Below, in pieces: positions 23,938 through 34,705 of a stretch of 64,000 bases of DNA (positions within the stretch are counted from its first letter, which is position 1; every line of letters begins with the position of its first letter). Location of the stretch: contig JANHCV010000012.1 of NCBI GenBank assembly GCA_025594325.1, positions 930,001 through 994,000 of the forward strand, read 5' to 3'. The position numbers and the translations under genes are program-made. Under the pieces are notes generated by a model. The model saw nothing but the letters and a program-made list of their open reading frames with translations, did no database searches and was not told the DNA's origin. This DNA comes from Blastocladiella emersonii ATCC 22665. Taxonomy: Eukaryota; Fungi; Blastocladiomycota.

Positions 23938-24200
23938 TTAGATCTCCTTCTCCAGGAACGCTTTGAGCTTCGGACCAAGTCAGTTCATCACGCTGCCAGC
24001 CGCGGGGTACGCTGAGATGATGAGGACGCGCTTGAGGATGTTGCACATGTCCTCGTAGAGCTCCTGCTCAAATTGCGGGTCGGACTCAGGCAATGGCCCC
24101 GGGAGGGTCTGGAACCGGGCGGTAAACATAGGAACTTTGGCTTGCCACGGAAGCTCGCGCACAGATATCCGTCCAGCGATTGCGCTTGAGCACTTAGAAT
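23938..24200 (-). pseudogene. C-terminal remnant of a DUF4470-like family gene
   Basis: FQTLPGPLPESDPQFEQELYEDMCNILKRVLIISAYPAAGSVMN*LGPKLKAFLEKEI* aligns with FQLLPLPDPLPKKDPRFWYALYVQIRPMLKRVLVLPAYPVCGSGMDTLGPSLRALLNKNA* of the 25828-28976 gene. In-frame TGA at 23980-23982. Confidence 0.75.
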
Positions 24201-24462
24201 TGATGGAAACCCCGGCGAACCATGGTTGCGAGGAGCAAGCGAGGCCGGCCCGCATTTCGAAGTCGAGTTCAGCAGCAAGCCGACGCACGCGGCCGACCTG
24301 TCACCACCGTCAGTGTGGCGCAGCGCGTCTCACAACCCGCCTCGCGTGTACGGTTCACACAAGTCAATCATCGAATTAGAGATACACTTCGGATTTATTT
24401 AAATTGAAACTATTGGCGACCGGTAGCGTTAGGAACTGCTCCCTTCCGTGCTGGGCTTTCAA

Positions 24463-24549
24463 CCCCGCCCCTCCTCCACCCCTCCCCCACCCCCACCCAC
24501 ACCCCACCCACCCCTCCTCAACTCAACCTCAACTCAACCTCAACTCAAC
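24463..24549 (+). repeat. C-rich tract followed by (CTCAACTCAAC)x3
   Basis: Nine C-runs of 3 or more bases in 24463-24514. The 11-bp units are at 24517, 24528 and 24539. Confidence 0.85.
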
Positions 24550-25827
24550 TGGCACCTCATGATATTTTCCGCTTCCGCGTGTTGAACCTCTGCGATGTGA
24601 TCAGAGGAGCGAGGAGCGTCACCATGGCCATGGTCATGACCATGGTCATGACTGATTTGACCCGTCAGCGACTATGGATCTCGCCGATCTCTATTGCAGC
24701 CCACGCGCGCGTGCACGCTGATGCATAGGACCACGAAGCTGGACGCGTTTGGTTGCTCGCCGCGACCGACGCGGCCGCCGCTCCGCGGCGACTATTCTTC
24801 CGTTGACCGCCGCCTTCACTGCATGAGTGAGCTACGTCGAGGCGCGCGCGACATCGAAACTGACACGAAGATCATCCCGCCGAGGGCCCAGATTATATCT
24901 CGGCGCGTCTCGAGCTGAGTCGCCAGCGCATGCGTCTCAAGCTCTGCCTGCGCCTCGTGCGGCCGCTGACCCATCAAGTTCCGAGCTGAGCAACATGTTA
25001 AAGCTCTTCATTCAACCCGCTATGAGATCGCCGTCCGATTTTGGGCACCGCCGCCGTTGCTTCCGCGCCCCACATAAACGTGAAGAGCGACGCGAATTCG
25101 ACCTGGGTGCGGTGTTCACGGAAAAGCAAGCGTTGAAGGGCATGACGTTGAGCAACTACACGTTGTTGGTCGCGTCGCCGCTCCCCGCGCCATTGGTCGC
25201 ACCGACATGCGTACAAACTGGCGCGCGTCAAGACCAAGGCAGTGCGCGAGCTGGTTGGTGCCCTTGATCATGGTACACAGGCGGGTCACGGGAGGGAGAA
25301 CCACTGGCTGTAGTACCGCTCGACGTCGAAGGCGAGCGACGGGTTGCGCGGGGTGGCAGACATGCTAGGCGGTTGCCAACGACGCGGCGGCGCTCAAACC
25401 TGTTGAAGGTGGAGCGGCGGGAGGATCGACGGCCACTCGCCCGTGGTCTCGGCCGTCGCGGGCACGAGCGTAATGTCGCAGTCCTCAGCAGCACCGTTTA
25501 CGCCTCGCTTGGCATCACCTTACCGTCAGGGCTCGTTGCGACATTTCCCCTCGCCTCGCTCAGTGTGAAGACGGCGTCGTGACGAGGTTCAGCGACTTTT
25601 ATTGGGTCACAGAGATGCCATTGCTGCATGTTAACATGGTGGCAGCTTCATGGGTATTTTCATGAGATGAGGAGCGAGCAAAGGGCAAAAAAGGGGTGGC
25701 TTATGTAGGTGCTTGCCGGTCAGGTGACGCGTCGCTATGTGACGACCGCGCTCTAGGTCACGTGGGCTTCATTTTTTCGGGGAGACCACTGGGGTTGAGC
25801 CCAGCATGGCTAGAACAACATTCAAAA

Positions 25828-28800
25828 TCAGGCATTCTTGTTCAGCAGCGCCCTGAGCGACGGACCCAGCGTATCCATCCCGCTGCCGCACACCGGGTAA
25901 GCGGGAAGGACCAGGACGCGTTTGAGCATCGGCCGGATTTGCACGTAGAGAGCATACCAGAAGCGCGGGTCCTTCTTTGGCAGTGGGTCGGGTAGCGGCA
26001 GAAGCTGGAAATGGACCAGCGCCACGCTGGCCTTGTGAGGAAGACAATACAAGGAACGCGTACTGGTAAGAAGGTGCTCGTGCTCGGCAAGGTATTGAGC
26101 GAGTTTGGAACGAGGAGAAGCCTTGACAATGATGCACTCAAGGGCGGCAGTTGGGATCGTTCCAGGGCCAGCGGAAGGAAGCATGACTGGGCGGTTGAAG
26201 AAAATGTAAAGCCGGGGCAGGTTTGACTCGTTGTTGTACACTGAGAGTCCATCATAACCAGCGGCGAACGCTTCAAAGATTGAGCGGCCAAACTCGACAA
26301 CTGCAGTAGCAGTTTTGATGCACGTCGTGGTAGTGTCAAGGATGGCATTGTGATTGTACGCGTTATTCAGGTTGACGTTCCCAAGGGAGTTGAGCAGGTC
26401 AGTTGCAGCGCAAATGGCCGCGCGAATCAAGTGGCGCATGACCCGGCTTTCTGCTGGCAGGGCGACACAGCGCCCAATGCAAGGACGCGACGCTGGGAGC
26501 AAAGCGGTGATGGCTCCCATGATTCGCGTAAGTGGAAGGTGCACGTAGACATGGTTGGCGCGTTCAATCTCCATCTCGTAGGATGGATTCGCAGGCGCGG
26601 TCAGGCGCATTGCCTGATACTTGTCCTTTGAGAGGCACAAGATAGAAGCCCCAGGATGGGCGTAAAGCAAATCTGATGAACAGGCCGTGAAGTTTGTTAG
26701 CCGACGCGAATTCCAAAGAGCGACCTGGATTGAGTCCTCATTCTCCACGGCACACACAACGGGAAGCGGCCAGGAGCTCGGACATTCAGGTCCTGATTGG
26801 GGCAGGGGCGGCCGCGATTTGATCAAACCCTCAAGAATCGGGAAAAAGTGCTGAACAGGAACCCGCGTGAGCTTAGCAGAAGCGAGCGGAATAAGGCTCC
26901 CGCCAATCAGCTCAAGCTCGGGCACTCCTGTGCAAGAGGACAGTTGTTCACAGTACACGCCAAGCATGCACTTTGCGTCGTCGTTGAATACATTTTCCAA
27001 GACGATCGCCCTAACACGAATGCGTGGAGGTAGTTTGTGGATGGGTTTGACGTGAATGTTGTCAAGTTGACAAGTGGCATCAGACGTGACAAGGTCGAGT
27101 GTGACAAAAGGCGCTGACCAACCGGCGTCATCAGCGGCGGGAAGAACGAGTTCGATGCAAATGCGGTCCTGCATATCTGCTGCCTTGCAAATGCCGTACA
27201 TGGGAGTCGCGCTGAACAAGTCGGCCAGCTTCCCCAACCCAAGCTTGCAGGAAACCGCAGTGCTAAGCAGGAGCGTGGAAAGTGACGGCCAGAACGGCGA
27301 GGCGTCAGCGGAGGAAGCGTTTGTGACAAGGCGTCCGCTTGCCAGAGCGAACGCAACAAGCTTGGGAAGGAACAGCAGCGTGGTCAAGCGAGCAGCTACA
27401 TAAACAGCACGATCGAGTGAGTGACGAGTTCTCAGGCAAACGACGAGCGAGACCAAAGGGTACGTGGGGCTTGCGGGCGATCGTGGAAATCTAAGCATTC
27501 AGCGAGACATTTGACCAAGAACTCCGATACGAGAAGCGACGATGGCACGGTTGGATGGGCCAATTTGGTGAAGGTGAGGTACGCGATGGGATGGTGATTG
27601 AAGTGGTCGAGGCTCCACGCAAACGGCTGGAACCAGGTCGCTGAATCGTTACAGCTTGGTTTCTTGGCAAGGACGACGCCGAAGAAGGTAGGGAAAGACT
27701 TGAGCCGAAGACCCGTCTTCTGGAGCAGGTAATCGTCGTAGTCTCTGGTGACCTTGACCTCGCGATCCTTGGAGTACGCAAGCAAGCGAGCGCGTTCGCG
27801 GTCCTCATCGTTGTGGCGAAGGAGCGCCGATCCGTGGATGAGGATGCTAAGAAGGCCGCACGAGTCCATGAGATAGTTTGTGTCCACAACATCGAAGCGC
27901 ATCGAGGGGTTGGCGGCGAGCTGCTCCATGACCGTGACAGCGTGACCGTAGGCGAAGGTGACGTGCACGCGCGAGTCATGCATGCCGTCGTGAAGGGCTG
28001 AAACCCAGTCCCGAATTTCCAAGAGCATGAAAGAATCGGGAAGCTTCTGCCCAAGCGCGAGGTCGAACGCCGTGGAAGGAAGCGCCGTGGAAGGCACGGC
28101 ATAGTAGGGCTTGTCGTCCAAGGAGATGCGCAGGAAGGTTGGGTTGATGACGACGGTGGGCTCTTCCAGAAACACCCCGGCCGACATGAGGCGTTCGAGG
28201 TTGCAAGCGTAGCGTGCTGATTCGGCGGAGTTGAGCGCGTCTGGGTATTGAGACTCGATTCGATCGATGAGGTTCTTTGCAACCTTCGAAAAATGGGTCT
28301 CGAACGGCCCGAACGTAATCGTGTCCATCATGTAAAACTTGCGGTGCTTGAGCAGAGTGTCGACCGACCAATCCATGCCGAGCCAGATGCGCCAGCAACG
28401 GCGAAGCTTCTCCAGCGTCGCCTCGTTCAAGACGCGGAGCGTCGAGTTCGGCGGGCCGCGAAGCCAATCCTTGTCGATGCACGCGTGAAGCTGGCCGGTC
28501 CAAAACTCGCGCACGCTGGCATCGAGTACCGCCGAGTACCAGAGCTGGCCGACGCAGCGAGCGAGTGCCTGCGTGTCAAGCTCGTTGGGCGGGGCGTGGG
28601 CGATGGCGTGAAGAATGAGCAAGTTGCGAGCGAGAACTTCGGGCTGCCAGTCGTTGAGGACAAACGAGAGCGTCGCCGTGGCGCCCTTGGCCGCGGCCTC
28701 GCACACGGTCCGGGCGACCTCGGCCAGGTCGCCGCAGCCGCACACGAGCGCCTTGAGCTCAACATGCGAGGTAGGGCCATGATAAAGAAACAGGTCCCGC

Positions 28801-28976
28801 GGCGGAAGCTCCCGAAACGGGCGGTACTTGTCGAGACGGTTGCTAGGGCACGGCGCACGGCAGGTCATCATCGGCGGGAGCGACTCTGCCACGGGGAGTT
28901 CCTTCATAATAGCAGATGGGGAGGGAGATGCATTGCCGCGAGTTGCGGGCTTTTTCGTTTTCTTCTTTTGCTTCAT
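25828..28976 (-). CDS. DUF4470-like domain protein, copy 2, about 1026 aa
   Basis: Exons 28976-27464 and 27395-25828, with a phase-1 intron at 27463-27396. Motifs LVCGCGDLAEV and LSFVLNDWQPEVLARNLLIL, FDVVDTNYLMD. The intron position matches copy 1. Confidence 0.75.
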
Positions 28977-29135
28977 GGTTGCGAGGGAGGGGTGAGCAAG
29001 CGGTTGCTCGTCACTGGTCGAATTCGACAGATTGCAGCCGAACGCTTCCGGCCTGCCACTCCTGTCAGTGAGGCGCAGCACGTTGCCCCGACCGGCTCGC
29101 GCCCAAGTCACCTTCCTCTTCGACCAGCGTTTCGT

Positions 29136-31571
29136 TCAAGAGTTCGTACACGAGGTATGAGGGAAGCAGTGGTGGGTAAGGGGGTGCAAAACTGGGGACG
29201 TGTATGACAAAACTACTCGTCGGCGCTCGACAGGCTGGAACTGCTCCTTCCAGCGGCGCATGACCTTGGTACCCTCCATCGCGGTGCGCCAGTCCTCGGC
29301 CTCGACGGCTGCCACAAACTCGTCCGTCTCCTCCTGGTCCGCGGCCGGGTCGCGGCGGGCGATGGCGGCGAGCACGTCGTTGCGGCCGTTGCGGAGCGCG
29401 AGCTTGATCACCTTGCCCGCAAACTCGTTGAGCTTGGCCGCGTCGCCGGTCCCGCTGGCCAGGAGCGGGCTGCGGCCGGCGCAGAAATATTTGAACATCT
29501 TGAGCGACGTGGCGCGGAACTCGGCAAGCGGGACGCGGACGTCGCGCTGCGTGACGTGCTCGTCGGCGAGCTGCTCGACGAGCTCCTCGTCGCCGCGGAG
29601 GCCCGAGTACGCGGGGCCCTCGAGGTGGAACCAGTCGAGCAGGTCGATGTTCCCGTACCGCATCGCGGCGAGAATGCGCTTGTCCGAATCGAACCGGTTG
29701 ATGCCGGTAAACCGTCGGTCGCGCTGGAACTGGCGCCACACGTCCAGGTCGCACGCGCCGATCGCCCACTCCCAACTCGAGTGCCAGAAGGGGAGGTTGC
29801 CGTACCCGACGCCGCGCACGTCGCGCGATGCCGTCAGCAGGAACTTGACCGTGTCGGTCTGCTTGAGCCGCAGCGCCACGTCGAGCGCCGCGTTCACGTC
29901 ACCCGCCGCGACCGCACCGCGCTTGAACGCGTCGCGCATCGGGTCGCGCCGCTTGAGCATCGAGTTGACGACGAACGCACCGCGGCGCGTCGCGGGGGTG
30001 AAGACGAGCGTCGGCGCGAGCAGCTTGACGAGGTCGTCGAGCGGCGCAAACGACGCCGCATGCCACCACTCGCACTGCGGGTGCTCGAGCAGCAGCTTGA
30101 CCGTCGCCTTGCACGCGCGCGTGACGCGCCACCGCGCATCGGGGGTTGCGGGCACGGCGAGCGCGTCGACGGCCTCGACGAGCGCCCACAGGAACAGGTA
30201 CTTGAGGTGGCGCCCGGTCTGGCCGGCCGTGGGGACGGGCCACGTCGCGTCGGGCCCGATGAAGCGAGCGAGTAGCTCGGTATCGTGATAGCGCGCGGCG
30301 ACGATCATGCCCTTGTACTGGAGGGTCGCGCCGCCCGCGGTCTTGGCGTTGGCGAGCAGCTCCTTGACGCGCTCGACGTCGGCGGGCGCGAGCGAGTCAA
30401 CGTTGCGGGCGAGGAGCGACTCGAGTTCGGCCTGCTCGGGCGCGACACTCGCGTCGCGCGGCAGCGGCGTGAGGTGGTCGCGCAGCCACGACAGCCGCGT
30501 GACGCCCTGCACGCGGGCGAGGCAGTTGACGAGCACCTCGTGGACGTTAGCGCGCTCGCACTTGACGTAGGCGCGCAGGATGCGCTCGCGGACGGGGCTC
30601 GGGAACTGCCACGGGTCCTCGAGGACGTCAGTAGCGCGGCGGTGCGGGTCGAACTTGGGGTGGGCGAGGAGGAGCTCGATGTTCTCAGCGTAGCGCGGGT
30701 CGGCGACGCGCGGGTGGCGGCCCGAGCCGAGCGCGTCGTACAGGTGGTCGCCGCGGTAGTTGCGGCGGAACTCGAAGCGCGGCGACGCGAGCAGGACGCG
30801 GACGAGGTCGGTCGGGCCCTCGGACAGCGCGGTGCACAGGTGGAAGTCGGTCGGGCGGATGCGCTTGCGCGGGTCGGCGAGGAGCGACTGCACGAGCGCC
30901 ACGTCCTTGGCCTCGATGGCGGCCTCAAACTCCTCGTCGACGGGCGGCTCGGGCTCGTCGTCATCCTCGTCGTCGCGAGCCGCCGAGACCTCGTACGAGT
31001 AGTCGACCGAGTCGTCAATGACGTCGCCAGCCTTGAAATTGAACTTGCTCGTGTCCTCGAACAGCGGCGAGTTGGCGATGAGGGGGACGAGGTGCGTGAA
31101 GTTGCGGTCCTTGGCGAGCTTGAGGTGGAACGACGACGGGACGAAGCGGTTGTGGTAGTCGTCGAGGAACGCCTGGAGCAGGTCGGCGCGCCCGAGCTTG
31201 ACGGCGTCCTCGAGGAAGAACGAGCCGCGGTTCTGGATCGGGAAGAAGAAGTCGGGCCGCAGCAGGTGCTTGATGACGGCAGGTCGGTGTCCAGCGAAGG
31301 CGGTCCACAGCTGCATCTCGGGGTTCCGCGGGCCGTTGCGGCGGTCGTCGGCGAGCGCGATTGCGCACGGGTCCTTGCCGTTGCGCAGCGCATAGATCCA
31401 CGCGTCGCCCGAGCTCAGCACGTGAGCGTACTCGGGCTGCGCGAGCAGTGCCTGCATCTGCTCGACGTCGTTGGCGTCAATCGCCGCGAGGACGGCGCGG
31501 GTGTGCTCGTCCTCGGCGGGCGGCCGGACGTTCTCGTTGAAGTGGTTGCTCAGGACTTCAGGTTGCGACAT
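29136..31571 (-). CDS. Ankyrin-like helical repeat family copy 3 (intact, with extra N-terminal repeats), about 811 aa
   Basis: Uninterrupted ORF from MSQPEVLS. The AAIDAND and AAIEAKD helices are repeated. Shared core YKGMIVAARYHD...RFIGPDATWPVPTAG...HLKYLFLWALVEAV...HPQCEWWHAASFAPL. Confidence 0.8.
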   Translation of the reverse strand: MSQPEVLSNHFNENVRPPAEDEHTRAVLAAIDANDVEQMQALLAQPEYAHVLSSGDAWIYALRNGKDPCAIALADDRRNGPRNPEMQLWTAFAGHRPAVIKHLLRPDFFFPIQNRGSFFLEDAVKLGRADLLQAFLDDYHNRFVPSSFHLKLAKDRNFTHLVPLIANSPLFEDTSKFNFKAGDVIDDSVDYSYEVSAARDDEDDDEPEPPVDEEFEAAIEAKDVALVQSLLADPRKRIRPTDFHLCTALSEGPTDLVRVLLASPRFEFRRNYRGDHLYDALGSGRHPRVADPRYAENIELLLAHPKFDPHRRATDVLEDPWQFPSPVRERILRAYVKCERANVHEVLVNCLARVQGVTRLSWLRDHLTPLPRDASVAPEQAELESLLARNVDSLAPADVERVKELLANAKTAGGATLQYKGMIVAARYHDTELLARFIGPDATWPVPTAGQTGRHLKYLFLWALVEAVDALAVPATPDARWRVTRACKATVKLLLEHPQCEWWHAASFAPLDDLVKLLAPTLVFTPATRRGAFVVNSMLKRRDPMRDAFKRGAVAAGDVNAALDVALRLKQTDTVKFLLTASRDVRGVGYGNLPFWHSSWEWAIGACDLDVWRQFQRDRRFTGINRFDSDKRILAAMRYGNIDLLDWFHLEGPAYSGLRGDEELVEQLADEHVTQRDVRVPLAEFRATSLKMFKYFCAGRSPLLASGTGDAAKLNEFAGKVIKLALRNGRNDVLAAIARRDPAADQEETDEFVAAVEAEDWRTAMEGTKVMRRWKEQFQPVERRRVVLSYTSPVLHPLTHHCFPHTSCTNS

Positions 31572-31680
31572 GTTGCATGCATAGGAGGGGTTTAAAAGCG
31601 GCTTTGCGGGGAGAGTGAGCAGCGGAGCGACGAGGAACGACGACAAAGGAGAGCGCCCAAAATCGAGCGCTCAAGCCCAA

Positions 31681-31703
31681 CACGTGTTTTCTCGACGCGT
31701 CTC
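31681..31703 (+). promoter_or_regulatory. Bipartite motif CACGTG-N7-GACGCGTCTC
   Basis: CACGTG TTTTCTC GACGCGTCTC, 110 bp upstream of the ATG at 31571. Confidence 0.55.
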
Positions 31704-31906
31704 AAGCAGACGCCTGCGGTGCAACCGCAACGACCGCTCGCTCTCCCATCAAGCTTTGTCCTAGCGCGCGCTGATTCAGCGAGCAATCGCAAATGCGGAT
31801 TATATTCACTCGCTCACAGATCAGTGAAGCTCACCGATCAACCACCACCAAAATATGACATTGAGACACGCGCTAAGCCCAACTTGATTGTGGCTGATCA
31901 AGAAGC

Positions 31907-33159
31907 TCACGTCAACTCGGCCTCGTCCTCATAATCGTGACTGATCCGAAGCTTCGAAAGTGCCCAAAGATGACACTCCCTCAGAATCGACCGCAGCTCG
32001 CCGCCGTCATCCATTGCGCGTAGGTCGAGTTTCTCGAGGCTCGCTGGCACGTTGTCAAACAGGGGGTCGATGCCCGCCCGCGAGATTCGGTTTCTGCTCA
32101 AGTTGAGATACTGGAGGCGCGGGGGAAGCTGCGACATGATTGGACCGTAGGCCTCGTCAGTTAGACTAACACCATCGAGATCAAGAAACTTGAGACCAGC
32201 GGGAAGGTGCTGAACCAGCTTGATCGCGCCCGAATTTCCGAGGAAGTTCGCGCAAACGGAGAGCTGGCTAAGTCCAGCCGGAAAGTGTTGAGCGAGCTCT
32301 GCAATATTATCCGCGTTAAGGCCGCAGTCACCGAGGTGCAGGTTCCGCAAGCTTGACGGGAAGCACAAGCGCTGGCCGTTAGAAGCAGGCGCCACTGCGC
32401 CGTGTCCGACCCAGTTGTACCACAAGCTGAGCTCGGTCACCGTTTCCGGGAGGCGCAGCGCGCAAAGAACTGGAAAGGTAATGTTGCAGCAGGTAAGCTT
32501 GACGTTGGTGATCGAACCGCTCTTCGCCATGACATCGGCGAGTAGAGCAGCACCAGCCTCGGTAATCCGGACTTCGCTAATCTTCATGTCGGAGCGGCCG
32601 CTCCGCCCAATGACATCAGCTCGCGCGCGAACGAGAGCGTCGCCAACTGAGGCACTGTCGCGTCGATGAAGTTGCTAGTAATGTGTGGGAATACGCTTCG
32701 CGTCAGCCATGATCAGCGGTGTAGCGACAGGAACCATACCATTTTCTGTGCGCCAGGGGTCCGGTCGACCTCGCCGTGAAAGTACACGACGACTCGGTTC
32801 GCGGAGCTGTTGAAGTACAGTGCAGGGAGAGGAAGGCCCGATTGGTCCCACCAAAGCAGCGCTTTATAGGACCGGGTGTAACCAAACAAGATTTCCGAGT
32901 ACTTGATCGGCAAGCGCGAAAGCAACCATTCGTCAAGAAGCTTGGTTTGTCCCGTCCAGCAAGCAGCGTTGACTGAAAGTTCCTTGGAGTGGCGGAGCAG
33001 GGCGCGGTGGACGCGCGGTGCGGCCGCTCTCGACATGACGTGTGTGTATTGCAGCATCGCTTTGTGCTCGCTGTCGTCGTGCATGGCGACGGCCTTGCAA
33101 AGGATCTCGTCGATGATCGAGTCGGGTAATGCTGCAAGTCTTTTATCCATTCGCTTCAT
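31907..33159 (-). CDS. F-box-like/ankyrin-like/LRR protein (intact), about 395 aa
   Basis: Exon 1 is 33159-32740 (LAALPDSIIDEIL...LWWDQSGLPL), followed by a phase-0 intron at 32739-32675. Exon 2 is 32674-31907 and encodes RNI-like LRRs (FPSSLRNLHLGDC, LPAGLKFLDLDGV). Confidence 0.8.
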
Positions 33160-33244
33160 ATTGGCTGCGAAAGGTGAGGGGCAAAGAGAGCTGTGCGGAG
33201 TCGCGGCTCGACGAGCCGTTAGGGAAACGTTTTCGTTCACGTCG

Positions 33245-33267
33245 CACGTGATTGATGAACGCGTCTC
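33245..33267 (+). promoter_or_regulatory. Bipartite motif CACGTG-N7-AACGCGTCTC
   Basis: CACGTG ATTGATG AACGCGTCTC, 86 bp upstream of the ATG at 33159. Confidence 0.55.
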
Positions 33268-33399
33268 GCAGCCCGGCTCGCGCGTCCCGCAGCCCGACCC
33301 ACGCGTTTCTCGGCTGCCGCGAACAAACTATGAAGATAATTTCATTTAGCCAAACTAGGCCATCGACCACCGACTCGTTTAGCAAATGACGAGTTTCAT

Positions 33400-34705
33400 T
33401 CAGTAGTCGTCGTCTTCGTCCTCGTCTTCGTGGCCGATTTGGACCCTGCCACGAGCGCGGCGAGCACACTTGTACCCGAATTCAGGCAGTCGGCTCTCTT
33501 CCTCCATCGCGTTAAGATTGATTCGCTTGAGGCCCGATGGCAGGCTGTTAAAAATGATGTCAGTGGACGCCCCGATCACTTTGTTCTCGCTCAAGTTGAG
33601 GAATTGAACTTTGGGAGGAAGGCAAGCCATAACGGCCGCGATTCCCTCGCCATCAATGTTGACAGCGGTTAGATCGAGGGACTTGAGGCCGGCTGGGAGA
33701 CGTTTCACTAGCTCGATGGCCCCCTTGTTCCCAAGCGGATTGCTGGTGGCAGAAAGCTCGGCGAGACCAGCCGGAAAGTGCTGTGCAAGCTCCACGACGT
33801 TATCCGCGCGAAGGCCGCACTAATTGAGGCTCAGGGTGCGCAAGCTCGTCGGGAAGCCCAGGCGCTGGCCGGCGGAGGCAGGTGCGACGGCTCCGTGCCC
33901 AACCCAATTGTACCACAAGCTAAGCTCGGTGACCGTTTCTGGGAGACGCAGCGCACAAAGAACCGGGAAGGTAACGTTGCAGCAGTTCAGCTTGACGTTG
34001 GTGATTGAACCGCGCTTCGCCATGGCCTCCGCGAGGAGCGCAGCGCCGGTCTCCGTGATGCGGACATGGAGGATGTCAATGCGAGTGTCGCTACCGCGCG
34101 CAATTTCGGCTGCCTGCTCGCGAATGAGAGCGTTCCCGATCGACGCGCCGTCTCGCCGAACAAGTTGCTAACAAAATCGAGACGACTTTGTGTCAGGAAT
34201 CATGCACTACGATCCGAAATGGTGTTTGCGAACCTAGACGTACAATTTCTCCCTTGCTTGGGGCCGTTGCTGCGCAATACGTGCCCATCAAGACAGAGCC
34301 GTAATGAACGGCGCATAGTTTCGCCGTGTTATCCACTTTACCATGGAATGGAAGTGGAAGGCCGGACCGGTCCCACCATTCGAGCGGATCGTACGACTTT
34401 GTGAAAGCAAGCGCCGTGTCGTTGGCCCGGAGCGGAAGACCCAAGGCCCGCCATTCATCAAGAACCTTGACGCGCCCCCATGCGGTGGCAAAATCAACGG
34501 AGAGGGCAGCCGCGTGGCGAAGGACGACACGGTGAACTCCCGGGGCAGACGCCCGAAGCACAACGCGCATGTACTGCAACATCCCGTCCAGGTCGCGGCG
34601 GTCGTGCAGCAAAACCGCCCTGCACAGGATGTCGTTGAGGATCGAACAAGGAAGCAGTTCGGATGCATGGGATGCAAATAAGAGAACGGTGGGCTCCTTC
34701 GTCAT
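33400..34705 (-). pseudogene. F-box-like/ankyrin-like/LRR tandem paralog with a premature stop
   Basis: Starts LLPCSILNDIL...EWWDRSGLPL, with a phase-0 intron at 34243-34168. The LRRs are nearly identical to the neighbouring gene. In-frame TAG at 33820-33822 (LSLN*CGL versus LHLGDCGL). Confidence 0.75.

Noticed and set aside
24517-24549. Short tandem repeat as a CRISPR array or telomeric repeat
   Set aside because: Only three 11-bp units with no spacers, no TTAGGG-like unit, and no cas genes. No CRISPR, rRNA or tRNA genes were recognised in the window.
24694-25582. Assorted short ORFs between the DUF4470 remnant and copy 2
   Set aside because: No recognisable domain, splice structure or family similarity could be supported by eye.
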